Source: the human T2T-CHM13v2.0 reference genome, Homo sapiens. Taken from it: a DNA stretch of 64,000 nucleotides. Location: NCBI RefSeq assembly GCF_009914755.1, contig NC_060947.1; one strand, 5' to 3'. The stretch's first letter is position 1. Each line of letters begins with the position of its first letter. The notes under the pieces are model-generated. The model was not told the DNA's origin. It was given only the letters and a program-made list of their open reading frames with translations, and did not search any database. Of the stretch, positions 15,471 to 28,748 are shown one piece after another. Position numbers and translations under genes: made by a program.

Positions 15471-16754
15471 ACCATATTGCTGCACCAAAGGTTAACCATC
15501 TTCTTTCTGAAATCTGGATTTTGACAAATGCTAGTTTCCTTTCCTTCTTCCATCTCTTTCTGATGCTTTTGAAAGGACCAGCTTATAAACAGTCCATGAG
15601 GAGGGAAGAACAACATGGACTGAAGGTCAACAATTTGGAAAGCAGAAAGTTCAGCTGTTCCTCACCTGGCCAAGACATGCTGCCTGTTTTTGGCCGGATT
15701 TTCTTCTCCCCACCTTGTCACGACTCTAATGCTTTGTTTTCTGATGTCAGTGAGCACCTGTCCTTGTGAGATGGAAAAGTGCAGTTGAGAGAATGATCCA
15801 ATTTTGCAGCTTTCTCTGATTGGCAAATTGAGTTACACAGAGGTTAATTAGCTTTCCTAATATCTCAAGTTGGCCACGGTATTGAAATTAGCAAGGCGGA
15901 GTGAGTAATTGACAGCCCTGTGCTGTGATGGCTCACCAATTGTCCTCTATAGAAGAGATCATTGACATTTTCCAGGTTGCTCTTAAACTCATTATCTGCA
16001 AACATTAAAATGGACCCTGTAAACTTATTATAGATTTTGATAAATATATTCATTTACAGAAAATCAACAGGCAAACCATCTCAAGTTAATTAGGTCAATG
16101 ACAGTTTAGAACCTTGAATTCATAGCAGCAGTGCTCTCTAAATATGTAAGTGCATAAACAAAGGCTGGCTTGAAATGAGGAAAAGAATAGAAAGGAACAA
16201 TGTGTATCTCATTGGGAGGGTGTTCTGGAACTCTGTGAATGAGGTAATGCATAGGCCAATGTAGCAATCCTTACCCAAACTCCCGAACCATCCACTCAAA
16301 AATACAAAAAATGAAAAAAGAATTTCAAACTGGTTGATTCTCCTAAAATGAATAAGAGGGAAAAATGACCAGAGAGAGAAACTGAAAATGGTCTTTTTAA
16401 ACTTAATTTTATCCTTCTGGAAACTGGACCTAGCTGGAAAAGGTCACACAAACCACATATCTCATTCAACAAAATGCGGCACTTTGCCATTTTCCAATGC
16501 CCTGCTGTGGGTATTTTTCCCCCTGAATGAACCCAATAAGTTGTTCGAGCAAAATGTCCTATCTAAGTAGGGTAGCACATCTGTTTCAATTTCCTACATT
16601 TGATCTATTTTAGCAGTATCCTCATTGTGTCATGAGAGCTAACTGAGCTATCGAAGCCTAATAAAAATGTTACCCAACTATCTTGCATTAAAAAACTAAA
16701 AACTTCAGAATCTATTTATCTTTTGGTTTAACGTTTATCATAGCTTCTCTCTCT

Positions 16755-17300
16755 CCATATACATATAGTAATATATACAGTAACATATGCTATATTACTA
16801 TAAAATATAATTTGTATAAAATAGTATATTACTATATAACATATAGTAATATATTACTGTACTACTGGTAATATAATGTATATAATATTTATATTTATAA
16901 AGTAGAAATATTTATATATAATTCATATTTGTATAAAATATTTTTACATAGTGTGTGTATACACAGTATATTTAACACACACTATACATATTATATACAT
17001 TATATACATATACACTATATATACACACATTTAAACATATACACTGTATTACATTACATATGTAATACTTACATTATATATAATACATATATAATGTAAT
17101 ATAATTGATCTTATTATATATATAATGTAGATAGAAAAGAGTAAGAAAAAAGAGTGAAGTTGTTTTTTAATGCAAGATATTTGGGTAATATTTTTATTAG
17201 ACTTTGATAGCACAGTGGACTTCTCACATGTATGTGATATTTATATATATGTATATGCACACATACATATATATGCACACACACATATATATGTATCTTA
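16755..17300. repeat. AT-rich low-complexity region, (TA)n/(TACA)n
   Basis: Direct inspection. Confidence 0.9.
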
Positions 17301-17999
17301 TGTCCAGTAAAGAACATGTTTCTTGAGATTAGTGTTTGTATCACACTTAAGTTTCGTATTCTATTTCTTCCTTTTCAGAAAGTAAGACTTGATCACAATT
17401 ATTTTATCCTAAGCACCTTAATACATTATTTGAAAATCAGAGGTATTTAATAGAATTTGTTGAATGAATGAATGATTTAATAGCCCTATTGAGTTATTAA
17501 TTGCGGTATTTTCCTCTGTCTCCATAAACAAAGTTATCTTTATATGGAAATTGGTAGTTTACTGAGGATTTTTCAGGTTTTGCAAGTACTGATTTTTGGG
17601 ATTTGGGGGTACTGAAAGTCTGGCATCCTGGGAGAGACCCAGTTTTGGACAGACCAGGAATGGTTAGTCACCCTGTTTGGAGAGATTATACTTTCACTTC
17701 TTTTTGCATTCTTTATTGTCAATTCTTGCTAGTGTGTTGCTCCCTATGTAACTTAATCCTTCCATCTTTACATGTTTCCAATTTGTCCCACTTCAGAAAT
17801 GAGCCATATGTTTCTCTAACTGAACAAAAGCCACCACTAATGGCCCAGTGTCTAAGCTATTTCTCCACAGCCTCCTTTAAAGAACTGTGTGTTAGTTAAT
17901 TCAAGGAACAAGGGGAGGAGAAGATAGACTACCCCAGTCCTCACTGACAGATAAAAGTTTACATTAAAGCATTAAACAGACCGATAGTTATTGGGTACC

Positions 18000-19081
18000 T
18001 ATGGGGGGAAACTGCCCCCGATAGTCACATAAGTTCTTTTCTATTTTCCCTAAGAGTCAGCCAGTCTGAGAAATAAAGGGACAGAGTACTAAAGAGAGAA
18101 ATTTTAAAGCTGGGTGTCCAGGGGAGATACCACATGTCAGCAGGTTCCGTGATGCCCCCTGAGCCGTAAAACCAGCAAGTTTTTATTAGTGATTTTCAAA
18201 AGGGGAGGGAGTGTACGAATAGGGTGTGGGTCACAGAGATCACGTGCTTCACAAGGTAATAGAATATCACAAGGCAAATGGAGGCAGGGCGAGATAACAG
18301 GACCACAGGACGGGGCGAAATTAAAATTGCTAATGAAGTTTCGGGCATGCATTGTCATTGATAACATCTTATCAGCAGACAGGGTTTGAGAGCAGACAAC
18401 CGGTCTGACCAAAATTTATTAGGCGGGAATTTCCTCGTCCTAATAAGCCTGGGAGCGCTATGGGAGACTGGGGCTTATTTCATCCCTACAGCTTCGACCA
18501 TAAAAGACGGCCGCCCCCGAAGTGGCCATTTCAGAGGCCTACCCTCAGGGATGCATTCTCTTTTTCAGGGATGTTCCTTGCTGAGAAAAAGAATTCAGTG
18601 ATATTTCTCCCATTTGCTTTTGAAAGAAGAGAAATGTGGCTCTGTTCCACCTGGCTCACCAGCGGTCAGAATTTAAGGTTATCTCTCTTGTTCCCTGAAC
18701 ATTGCTGCTATCCTGTTCTTTTTTCAAGGTGCCCAGATTTCATATTGTTCAAACACACATGCTCTACAATTTGTGCAGTTAACGCAATCATCACAGGGTC
18801 CTGAGGCAGCAGATATCCTCCTCAGCTTACAAAGGTGATGGAATTAAGAGATTAAAGTAAAGACAGGCATAGGAAATCACAAGGGTATTGATTGGGGAAG
18901 TGATAAGTGTCCATGAAATCTTCACAATTTATGTTCAGAGATTGCAGTAAAGACAGGCGTAAAAAAATATAAAAGTATTAATTTGGGGAACTAATAAATG
19001 TCCATGAAATCTTCACAATTTATGTTCTTCTGCGTGGCTTCAGCCGGCCCCTCCATTCGGGGTTCCTGACTTCCCACCACA
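18000..19081 (-). mobile_element. MER11 (ERVK) solo LTR, full length
   Basis: Minus strand starts tgtggtgggaagtcaggaaccccgaatggagggg; internal repeat aacataaattgtgaagatttcatggaca; exact 6-bp TSD ggtacc. Confidence 0.92.
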
Positions 19082-19109
19082 GGTACCCTAAGGTATTTCA
19101 TCTTCCTAA

Positions 19110-19320
<211 letters not shown>

Positions 19321-19345
19321 TAGTGATAGATCCTAAGAAAGATTC

Positions 19346-19676
19346 CGTATAGGTCTCCTGATGCTGTTACAAATTCCCACAAATTCAATGGCTTAGAACA
19401 ACACTAACTTATTATTTTACAGTTTTGGAGGTCAGAAGTCAGGAGTGGGTCTCAATGGGTTAGAATTGAGGTCTCAGCAGGGCTGTGCTCCTGCTGAAGG
19501 CTCTAGGGGAGATTTTGTCTCCATGTCTTTTCCAGCTTCTAGAGGCCACTTGTGTTTCTTGGTTTGTGGTCCTTTCTTCAATTGTTTAAAGGCAGCAGTG
19601 TAGTGTTTCAAATTACTCTTTGCTTCCATCATCACACCTTTTTCTCAGACCCCCTTACCTTCTTATAGGGACTCTG
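19346..19676 (-). mobile_element. MLT1C/D LTR, 3' part
   Basis: Antisense MLT1 3' end; breaks at the Alu. Confidence 0.8.
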
Positions 19677-19677
19677 A

Positions 19678-19970
19678 GGCTGAATGCAGTGGCTCATGCC
19701 TGTAATCCCAGTGCTTTGGGAGGCTGACTTGGAGAATTCCTTGAGTCCAGGAGTTCGAGACCAGCCTGGATAACACAGTAAGACCCAGTCTCTACAATTT
19801 TTTTTAATTAGTTGGGCATGATGGCACTCACCTGTAGTCCTAGCTACTTGGGAGGCTGACACAGGAGGATCACTTGATTCCAAGAGTTTAAGGCTGAAGT
19901 GAGCTGTGATCTCACCACTGCACTTCAGCCTGGGTGACAGAGCAAGACTCTATTTAAACAATTTTTTAAA
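19678..19970 (+). mobile_element. AluJ, probable recombinant
   Basis: Full dimer whose two flanks do not match each other. Confidence 0.92.
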
Positions 19971-20129
19971 AAGTGTAGAGGCAAATCCTGACCAAGGTCT
20001 AACTCTGCTGTGCATACTTTACTTGATCAGATGATGCTTTGCCACCCAACAAGAGTGTTGGATTCTGCAATGAGCAAAACACTGAACCATTTGGACTCAG
20101 TCTTGGTTAAATGAAGGGCCAGGGGAATC

Positions 20130-20293
20130 TATGGTCAGTCAAATAGTGCCCCCCCAAAATGTCTACATCCCAATCCTAGATGGTGTGAACATGTGACATA
20201 ACCTGGCAAAAAGGACTATGCAGATGTGATTAAGAATCTTGGGATATGGAGATAATCCTGGATTATCTGGTGCTGATGTACTCACAAGAGTTC
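20130..20293 (+). mobile_element. MLT1C/D LTR, 5' part, inverted relative to the 3' part
   Basis: ggcaaaaaggactatgcagatgtgattaag...gagataatcctggattatc. Confidence 0.8.
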
Positions 20294-20520
20294 TTTTGTT
20301 GTTGTTTTGTTTTGTTTTGTTTTTTGAGACAGGGTCTCACTCTGTCACCCAGGCTGGAGTACAGTTGCACAACCACGGCTCATTGCATCTTCAAACTCCC
20401 ATGCTCAAGCCATCCTCCCCCCTCAGCATCCCAAGTACCTGGGACTACAGGCATCTGTCACCATACTCAGCTAATTTTTTATTTTTTGCAGAGATGGGGT
20501 CTTGCTATGTTGCGCAGGCT
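20294..20520 (-). mobile_element. AluJ, 5'-truncated, probable recombinant
   Basis: Antisense Alu with (TTTTG)n tail. Confidence 0.9.
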
Positions 20521-21285
20521 TGCTTCTACTCTTAAAACAGACCCATCTCCTTCAAGGCTCCTCTATCAAAGACAACACTCATTCTTAACTGACTCTTTAG
20601 CTCCTCAGGCTAAGTCATCAGAAGAAGGAACCCACTGCTTTGTTGTCCCAAATGCCTCATCTTGCTGGGTGAACATTAAAAGAAACATTTACCAATGACC
20701 AAAACGTGTTGTGTAATCAAAAGAGTGCACACCCAAACTGAGCATTTTGGCATCCTTTCTGATTTTTGCTTAGCTATTTTCCCAGAATGAGATGCTATTT
20801 ACATATCTCTAACTCATCTTAAGGCACTTTTTTCTGATGTTGCTAAAGAAAAGAAGAAATTCCCAAATATCAGCCAAAGACTGCAAATATTAGCATACAG
20901 CTGATATTCAACTGTTTTTGACCTATAAACCAAAGTGGCAATTTCTTGTAGTTCAATCTAGAAATAATTCATTAACTGAGAACTCACTGCATGTTTATGT
21001 TTTCTTTCCTTATTAGAATGGGAATTGAAAGAGATGAGAGATGGAGATTTTGGTTTCATTGTCTGAAGTGCTTTGTATTGAATTCAGGAAGTAATGGTTC
21101 ATTGATTCGCTGACTCACTCATTCTGTGAGGATTTATGGATATTCATTGTGGGTCCACAAATGTACTGTATTGTTTGGCTACAAAACAGAAGGAAGCAGT
21201 TTGTGCCTTAAGGGAAAATTTGATGTGGACTGGTTCTAGCATGTTCTAGAAGAGGTGGTAAAATCAGAAAACTTAGCACAGCATC

Positions 21286-21658
21286 TGTATTGGTCTGTTC
21301 TCACACTGCTAATAAAGACGTTATCTGAGACTGGGTAACTTATAAAGGAAAGAGGTTTAATTAACTCACGGTTCAGATGGCTGAGGAGGCCTCAGGAAAC
21401 TTGCATTCATGGCGGAAGGGGAAGCAAGCATATCCTTTTTCACATGGCAGCAGAAAGGAGAAGTGCTGAACAACAGGGTGAAAAACCCCTTATAAAACCA
21501 TGAGAGCTCATGAGAACTCACTCACTATCATGAGAACAGCAGCATGAGGGTAACCGTCCCCATGATTCAATTATCTCCCATTGGGTTCCTCCCAGGATAC
21601 ATGGGGATTATGGGAATTCAAGATGAGATTTGGGTGGAGACACAGCCAAACCATATCA
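21286..21658 (-). mobile_element. THE1D-like LTR
   Basis: TG...CA ends, TSD gcatc/gcacc. Confidence 0.9.
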
Positions 21659-22994
21659 GCACCATTCTTCACTACTTTGCCATTTGTGTTGTGATGTTTT
21701 TACTACAGTCTCATAGTATTTTAAAGAGCCCATAGAACACATTGCCCAGTGTTTATTCATTTTTAAAAAATTTTTAGTTAAGGATTGGAAGGCTAGTACA
21801 GCATGAAGAAGTCAGGCTGGATATAAAGAAGAATGTCCTAACTATAAAGCATGCTGTCCCCAAAAGAAGCAATAGACGTTCATTTTCCAGGAAAGGGTTA
21901 ATCTCTACGTGTATTCTCATAAAGTACACACAGGTGACAATGACATCTCAAGGTTTATTTGTTGAGTCCTGTGATTCTCCTCCAATGCATCACATTTTTA
22001 TTCCCCTGTCCCTGTGGGGAAAAATAAAGATACGGAATAAAGCACTTTTACAACTTTCATTAACTTTACACAGAAGGACGAGATCATGTATTTGGAAGGT
22101 GAACTTGGGATTTGTAAGATGATGAGTATATTTAGTAGCATCATAAAGAATAATGACCTGCTATGGAAAATGGTTAAGCAACGGCATAATGTCTCCAACT
22201 CTTTATTTTCTGGGAGAAAAAAAAAAAGCTCTAATAATGATTATTATATTTTATAATGGGATTTAGTGGTTGTCTGTGTTTAGATTTTCTGGGATTAGTG
22301 CTCGGTGCCATAATTGTAATTTCTTCTGATTGCAGACTGCTTTGCAGTCTCCAACCACTCAGTTTCTTCTGAGCACCAGCCTCTGTGTTCTTTCCAGTCT
22401 GATTTGAAGGCAATGAAGCAATCTATATTTAGGCATTTTGCAGAGGTTTTTATTTTTGGCTAAATGTTAAGTATACATTTTCCTGTAGTAAATGCTGCTA
22501 ACAGCAAAGGAGTAAAATGGATTTTCAGGAGAAAGTATTTGAAATCTGACTTGCCTTTAATCAGTATCATCTCATCTCTGTAGCGCAAAGCCCTTTAAAT
22601 GCAGATAAAGAAGAAATTAGAAGATGGACTACATTTGCTAAAGTCTATCCAAATGCCAGCAAACATTTGATGTGGAGTACAGTAAATAACTTAAAAGATT
22701 CCTCCATTTAGACTCTAAGCAGTAGAAAGTTTGGTACAGATACGGGCTACCTTGGGAGCACAAACAACTCAACATCCTAACATACTGAATGTCTGGCCCT
22801 CATAGGTCAGGCATATGGAATGCATACTTGCCTAAATCAAACCCCTGGTCCTACTTTATGTCCTTATTCTAGTTCTCTCCTTTCCATTCTTACCTGAGTT
22901 TAGTGTTTGGTTTGTTCATATTTTACTCATTTATTATTCATTTTCTATATTTATTTTATATGTCTTTCTACACCACTTTTTCCTTTGTGGAAAA

Positions 22995-23900
22995 AGATAG
23001 AGGACAGATGGATGGATGAGAGGATGGGTGGATAGATGGATGAATTAGTGGATGAGTGGTGAATGGGTAGATGAATGGATAGATTGATGATGGATGGATG
23101 TATGAATGGAAAGATGGATGTATAGAAGGGTGGGATAGATGAATTGATGAAGCCAAGGATGAAGTGATGAGTGTATAGATGGACAGATGGAAGTAAACAG
23201 GTAGACACATGTGTGGATCGATGGATGAACGTATGTAAGGTTGGGATGGATGGGAGAATTGATGAAGAGATGGACAAATAAATAGGTAGATGGATCTATA
23301 GAGGGAAGCAGGTAGATGGATGTGAGAATAAATGGATGGAAGGAAGGATAGATGGATGAATGAATGGATGGAGAGTGGGTGGATGAATCTAGGAACAGAC
23401 TAGTGGACGAATGGATTAATGGATGGATGGATGGAAGAGTGGGATGGATTAATTGATGAAGAGATGACAAATAAATAGGTAGATGGATTGACAGAAGGAA
23501 ACAGGTAGATTAATGTGTGGATGGATGGATGCGTGGATGGATGGATGCATGGATGGATGTATAGAAGGGTGAGATGGATTAACTGATGAGGAGATGGTCA
23601 AATAAATAGACAGATTAATGGAAGGAAGCAGGTAGATGAATGTGTGAATAAATGGATGGAAGGATAGAAGGATGGATGGATGGATGGATGGATGGATGGA
23701 TGGAGAGTGAGTGGATGAATGCAGGAATTGATGAATGAATGCATGGACAGATGTATAGAAGAGTGGAATGTAAGAATCAATGAAGACATGGGTGAATAAA
23801 TAGGTAGATGGATTGACAGAGGAAACAGGTGTGGATAGATGATGGATGGATGGAAAGTGGGTGGATGAATGTGGAGATGGACGAATGAATGGGTGAATAA
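22995..23900 (+). repeat. Degenerate (GGAT)n array with higher-order units
   Basis: Direct inspection. Confidence 0.92.
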
Positions 23901-24329
23901 ACAAGCAAGTGGAGAAATGCCTACTTACATAAGTGAATCTTTTGAATAACCATAGCATTCTACCACATGATCATTTATTTCCAGGCCTTCTCCTCCTCTC
24001 TGTCATCATCAACATTGCCATTGCTTTAGTTTGGTTCTTCATTCCTCAGCTCAAATTATTTCTCTTCCTTCAAGTGTCTTTCCTCTGAGAAACCCTTCTT
24101 TCTTTTGCCCTCCTCTCTCTTTTTCAGACTTTAGAGACTCCTTTTTTTCTACAGCCAAATCGTCTTGAATATAACTGTATGATAGCACATCTCACACCTT
24201 TTGTAATCTTTCAATCTCCTTTAACAAACAGTGAGCCTCTTTGAGACTCTTGTTTTGGTATTATCTTAAAATTCCTGATGCTAGACATAGTGTTCTGCGC
24301 ACTGCAGTAATAGAAGCTTGCATTTATGG

Positions 24330-24540
24330 TGTTCCTACAATCCACTGTGTCTGTTATATATACTTCTGGTATCTTGTGTCCTTTAATCCTCCTAACAGTA
24401 GTAAGAGGTAGGTTCTATTGTGATTCTCATTTTGCAGTTAAGAAAGCTGAGGTTCAGAGGTGTTCAGCGACTTGCCTATCACAAAGCTGATAAGTGGTGG
24501 GACAGAAAGAAACAAAGGAGTCTGAGTCTATAGCATGCTC
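24330..24540. mobile_element. MIR
   Basis: tttaatcctcctaacag...ctcattttgcagttaagaaagctgaggttcagag. Confidence 0.75.
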
Positions 24541-24869
24541 CTTCGGCATTTTTAATGGGGATAATATCTTCCCAAAGGGAATGAAAATTGGTTCTTGGAA
24601 GGTGAAAAAGCCATTCATGTACGAAGCTCAGAGATACAGACATACACAGATAAGGAGTATATCTGTTAAATTTGCATGGGGGGTGGGTTAAAAAATGTGT
24701 AAAATATTTCTTAGTGGGCAATGATGAAGAAAGGTTGAAGAACATTGAGTAACACCATTTACTCTCAAGCGCTATAGCGTACAGTCTGTCATTAGAAGAT
24801 GAAAAGATGGATAAATGGATGTGCAGAAGAATACAACTTCTGGTATTTGTTCTGGTGCTTAAGAAATAT

Positions 24870-25390
24870 GGTGAACAGACACTAAGATGGCACTCAAATA
24901 ACCTCAATCTGGTGTGTGAACTGCCATAGTGACTTGATTCAAACATATAGAATATATCAAAGATGGCAGGATGTCACTTCCACAATGAGTTACATAAGAC
25001 AATGGCTTCTGTCTTTCTAGTAGAGTTTCTTTTGCTGGCTTTGGCTAAAATAAGCTGTCCTATAGAGAGGTCTACAAGACAAGAAAATGAGGCTGACCTC
25101 TTGCCAATAGCCAGCAAGGAAATGAGCCATTCTCTCCAACAATCTGCAGGGAACTGAATCCTGCCAACATTCACGTGACCTTGGAAGAAGATCCCGCCCC
25201 ACGCAAGACTTCAGGGAAACCCACTTGTGGTCAACACTTTGACTACAGCCTTGGGAGACCCTGAAGCACAAGACCCATCTAAGCTGCCCCTGGAGTCCTG
25301 ACCCACAGAAACTGTCAAATAACAAATATGTGTTGTTCAAGCTGAGAATGTCGCAGTTATGTGTTACACAGCAATAGGTCATGAATTCAA
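24870..25390 (+). mobile_element. Old MLT1 (E/F/G-like) LTR
   Basis: ccaatagccagcaaggaaatgag...gaactgaatcctgccaac...gacccacagaaactgt. Confidence 0.7.
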
Positions 25391-25739
25391 GGAGTTTAAA
25401 ATCCTTGATTTAGACCCATGAGAAAAACCCAAGGCAGCTACATAAAGTGTGGATTCTGTGTGTTGGTTTGCTTTCACATCACATGAGATCAACTAAATAA
25501 AGTTTAGCCAGACTTAAAATTTATGTTTGCAGTTGTCTTGACTTCAAAGTGTAGGGAGGTCACCAACTTTTTTACTGGTTGAGGGGCTAGAACTGTGCAC
25601 CTTAAAATCATTGCCCAGAACAGCTACAGGTAATGGTTGAGCTGATTTGTTTATGCACGGATGTGTGGCAAACTCCATAATAAATGTATTTAATGATGGT
25701 TAGCTAGTTGCCTGGCAAGGTTGATGTTTTATGTGGGTG

Positions 25740-26466
25740 GCCAGCATCCCCTGCTGGACTCTGGTCAGCCCCCGACCAGAGATTTATGGATGTACAGACA
25801 GATGACTAGCAGTTACCAATGGATAGGAAATAGTTGATTACACACTCAGTAAATGGCAAGAGGATTTCCCAAAGAGAAGGGCTCAGTTTCACTCTAGAGT
25901 GGAACCAGAGCAAGGGGTTTGGGGGCAGTGGCTCTGAGTTTTCTTGTGGTTGGGAGATAGGGCCAGGGTGAAGCATCCTGCCTGAACATGCATTAGGATG
26001 TGCATGGCTTAAACTTCTCCCACTGCTTTCCAAGCGGGTAGCTCCCAGGCTTTCTCATTGGCTTGTCCAGCTGTGGGACAAAAACAAAAGGATAAGGCAT
26101 AGAATTTGAAAACTATCAGTGGTCAGCCATTAAAAATTGATTCAGGCTGGGCACTATGGCTCATGCCTGTAATCCCAGCACTTTGGAAGTCTGAGGCAAA
26201 AGGATCGCTTGAGGCCAGGAGATCAAGACCAGCCTGGGCAACACAGTGAGACCATATCTCTAAAAAAATTTTTTTAATTAGCCAACCATGGTGGTGCGCG
26301 CCTGTAGTCCCAGCTACTTGGGGGGTTGAGGCAAGAGGACTGCTCAAGCCCAGAAGGTCAGGACTGCAGGGAGCTATGATCACACTACTACTGCACTCCA
26401 GCCTGGGTGACAGAGTGAGACCCAGTCTCTAAATAAGAAAATAATAGATTCAGATCCTTTATTACA
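25740..26466 (-). mobile_element. MER73/MER74-like LTR interrupted by AluJ
   Basis: Right end is the reverse complement of tgtaataaaggatctgaatc; left boundary approximate. Confidence 0.5.
26145..26442 (+). mobile_element. AluJ
   Basis: Full dimer, TSD core gattca. Confidence 0.93.
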
Positions 26467-26619
26467 GTTGTTACTTAGAGATAGAGTATATTACAATGAT
26501 CATTAAGACAGAGTACATATGATATGACCAATCAGGAAAAGACTAAAATGATCAAGTATTGGTCTAGCTTGACTGAGGCAGGAGGGTTTCACCCATTCTG
26601 AAGGATTCATAGCATCACC

Positions 26620-26983
26620 TGATATGGTTTGGCTGTATCCCCACCCAAATCTCTTCTTGAATTGTAGCTCCCATAATTCTCACATGTCATGGGAGGGACC
26701 TGGTGGGAGGTAATTGAGTCATGGGGGCGGGCCTTGGCCATGCTGTTCTCATGATAGTGAAGTCTCATGAGATCTGATGGTTTTATAAAGGGGAGATCCC
26801 CTGCACAAGTTCTCTCTTGTCTGCTGCCATGGAATATGTGCCTTTTACTCACCTTCCACCATGATTATGAGGCTTCCCCAGCCATGTGGAACTGTGAGTC
26901 CATTAAACCTCTTTTTTTTTTTTGTTACAAATTACCCACTCTCGGGTATGTCTTTATCAGCAACATGAAAATGGACTAATATA
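26620..26983 (+). mobile_element. THE1 solo LTR
   Basis: tgatatggtttggctgtatccccacccaaatctc start; exact TSD tcacc. Confidence 0.93.
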
Positions 26984-28464
26984 TCACCTTTGAGATACGA
27001 AGATAAACACAAGACTAGAATGGAGAGAGGAGTTAGGACTTAGAGTCCCCCAACCTGGATGCAGTCATCATCATACTATCGGTTTCCAAGTTCTATCCTT
27101 ATAGATAAGGTGAACGCATGTCCTGGTTTGCCTAGGAAAGTCTTGATGTATACGTTGCCCTCCCAATGGAATTATCAAGAGTGTTTCCTTTTGCTCCCCA
27201 GAATGTCTCAGTTTGGTGGATAGAGTACATGCTTTTCCTTCTCCCCTACACATGCATAGGAACTACCATAATACACACCAGAATCTGTGGGCTTTTTTCC
27301 ACCATTGTGGAACTTAATATTTAAGACAAAGCAATTCAATGTTAATCATAACTAATATCAAAGGATGGTTTAAATGCCCACTACGAAGAACTGTTTTATT
27401 CATGAAGACCTGGGCACAAAGTCTCAGGTGTTCAATCTCTGAACCGATGCTAGCTTACTGTCATACAGGGCTCTGTGGTCTCATGAGGCTCTTTCATCTT
27501 TTTGTCTTCCTAAATCCAGAAAAAGAGTCTGTGAGGTAGAGCAGGTATTAATATACTCAATATTGAGATAAGGAAATTGAGGTTTGGAAGCATAGATTAA
27601 TGAGTTTACGCACATTTGTACAAAAGAGAGTTTATTCTAGGTTGCTGGAATCTATAATAGTCTAGTGGGCTTTCCATTCCCACAGTTAGTCTGAGCTGCC
27701 CTGCTAACCTGTGTATCCAATCTGGGTGTATGGAAGAAAGATAGATTCTACACACTAGAGACTGGAAACTTGTGGCACACTTTGAGAAATCTTATTAATC
27801 ATTTAGAGAATTCATAGGAGAATTAACTGTTAGAAGATCTAATAAAAGGACAGAAAATTTGCAATGTGACTGCCCTCCTCCATTACCCACCAAAGATACT
27901 CAACGCAGAGAAAGAAATAGCCTTACCTTAGTTTGACTGTCTCCATTCTGTAGCCCTACATAATTGCTTTAGAATAACATTATTCCCTATATCCCTATGG
28001 CAACAACAAGTTCTGATGATAAAAGTCACTTGTTTTGAATTTGCTTTTCAAGTCTCAATGCTAAACTTTTCAGAAATGCTACAACCATTGAATTATCAAA
28101 GTAGAAGACAGTTCTCAGCCAGGATAAGACAGAAATTTCTCTTGCACCAGTTATGTGCTTTGCCGAGGAAAAAGATGAGTCAAAGGGAAATAGAGACAGT
28201 GGAAACTGGAGGTGTTATCTCTAATATGTTTGCTAACCTTGTTTTATATAAGATTTCTGAAAATGTTCTATCTCTTGGTGGTGTTTCAAAAAGGACATTG
28301 CCTGTTTCGCATTGCATATTGGATATTGGACCTACTGTGTTAAACAAAAGTCACCTACAATTTTGCCAGCCAAATATTCTTTCTATATATTTTATCTCAT
28401 TGTTATTATAATTCTGAGGATCCTGGAAAGTTTTATGACCACAAAAATAGAAGAGGAGTGCTTC

Positions 28465-28748
28465 TTCTTTCTTTTTCTTTTTCTTTTTTTGAAACAGTGT
28501 CTCGCTGTTTCCCAGGATGATGGGTGGTGGCACCATCAGCTCACTGCAGCCTCAACCTCTTGGCTCCCACCTCAGCCTCCCAAGTAGCTAGGAACACAGG
28601 CACACGCCACCTTGCCCAGCTAATTTTTTTTTTCATAGAGATGAAGTCTCAGTATCTTTCCCCGGCTGATCTCAAACTCCTGGGCTCAAGCAATCCTCCC
28701 ACTTCAGCTTCCCAAAATGCTGGGATTACAGGCCACCGAACCTGGCTG
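28465..28748 (-). mobile_element. AluJ, degenerate
   Basis: Antisense Alu. Confidence 0.88.

Noticed and set aside
18855-19030. ~95-bp tandem duplication
   Set aside because: Intrinsic to the MER11 consensus as recalled
22951-23958. Overlapping H/P/S/I-rich ORFs up to 169 aa
   Set aside because: Artefact of the stop-poor (ATCC)n strand
28016-28411. 131-aa ORF in unique sequence
   Set aside because: No recognisable domain or exon context; plausible by chance in 64 kb
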